64,000 nucleotides of DNA. Origin: Candidatus Pacearchaeota archaeon (GTDB lineage Archaea > Nanobdellota > Nanobdellia > Pacearchaeales > GW2011-AR1). The notes below the pieces were generated by a model, which did not search any database, was not told the DNA's origin, and worked only from the letters and a program-made list of their open reading frames with translations. Position 1 is the stretch's first letter. Each line of letters opens with the position of its first letter. Below are positions 63,611-64,000 of the stretch, one piece after another. A program made the translations under genes and the position numbers. The stretch is taken from positions 8,192-72,191 of the forward strand of contig JACOYL010000008.1 of the NCBI GenBank assembly GCA_016181895.1, read 5' to 3'.

Positions 63611-64000
63611 ATGGAAAAAGAAGAACACGCTATAGTCCTAGATTACTTGCCGAATGGATATCCATTGGAAAGAAAAATGATGCCGATAGCGCAGGCAATA
63701 GGCGAGAAAAACTTGACATTATTGGAACTCGTTCCCAGAAGGGGAATGAGTTTTGAAGTCGAAGAAAAAGTTTATATAGGGGAAGGCAAGAGAGACAAGG
63801 TATATTACATCCTTGGAAGATTGCAAAGGGAAAAGATTACCGAAACCGCAAAGGAACACCTTGAAAAATTCATAGAAAAAGTCGTAAAAGAAAGAGAAAA
63901 GGAATTCGTGGAATTTTTCAACACTTCAGAGGCGATAAACAAGAGAGTTCACCAACTTGAACTTCTTCCCGGATTAGGAAAAAAATACACGAAGGACATT
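63611..64000 (+). CDS. DUF655-family protein (3' end outside window)
   Basis: MEKEEHAIVLDYLPNGYP...MPIAQAIGEKNLTLLELVPRRG...FVEFFNTSEAINKRVHQLELLPGLGKK matches the DUF655 pattern, including the HhH LELLPGIGKK. There is no stop before the window end. Confidence 0.7.
   Translation, partial: MEKEEHAIVLDYLPNGYPLERKMMPIAQAIGEKNLTLLELVPRRGMSFEVEEKVYIGEGKRDKVYYILGRLQREKITETAKEHLEKFIEKVVKEREKEFVEFFNTSEAINKRVHQLELLPGLGKKYTKDI

Noticed and set aside
1-64000. CRISPR arrays, IS elements, transposases, integrases
   Set aside because: No regularly spaced direct repeats and no ORF with transposase/integrase motifs were seen. The duplications present (49196/50262, and paralogs at 7977/57939) are gene-fragment or gene-family repeats, not mobile-element termini.

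Overview
This is a low-GC (roughly 30%) archaeal window. The archaeal assignment rests on an AglB/STT3 oligosaccharyltransferase with a WWDYG motif, SecD/SecF, RNA polymerase subunits RpoN and RpoF, ribosomal protein L21e, a DUF655 protein, an Rpp21-like RNase P subunit, a stand-alone 5S rRNA and an intron-containing tRNA. The lineage cannot be placed from sequence alone; a DPANN-like or other AT-rich archaeon is plausible.

From about 0.5 to 54 kb the window is one very large cell-surface glycan/N-glycosylation locus. It starts with aglB, a GPT-family (AglH/ALG7-like) transferase, a UPF0104 flippase-like protein and a DPM1-like GT2. It then carries at least nine further glycosyltransferases (GT2, GT4, GT9 and a GT-C of the PMT_2/ArnT type), a Wzx-like flippase and nucleotide-sugar enzymes (RfbB, RfbA-like, RfbD-like, GMD, GalE, two intact DegT aminotransferases, cupins and an SDR). 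It also holds a sugar C-methyltransferase fused to a cupin, at least six SAM methyltransferases, three NPP/alkaline-phosphatase-superfamily enzymes, a nucleotidyltransferase fused to an APH-like kinase, and a nucleotidyltransferase-fold protein.

Four paralogous B12-binding (class B) radical SAM enzymes are scattered through this locus, which is unusual. The locus also shows signs of recent rearrangement. There is a roughly 115-nt duplicated 5' fragment of a DegT gene flanking an inserted FkbM-like gene, and an orphan C-terminal DegT remnant.

Two GC-richer islets (about 7.8-9.1 kb and about 57.5-58.9 kb) share a paralogous membrane-protein family. One of them carries a stand-alone C39-like cysteine peptidase. 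I flag this as a candidate uncharacterised module.

Other oddities include QueC beside a nucleoside 2-deoxyribosyltransferase-like gene, a 2H-phosphoesterase (LigT-like) gene split by an in-frame TAA, and a small zinc-ribbon gene with a homopolymer frameshift. All calls are from reading the sequence and the supplied ORF translations; no database search was possible.
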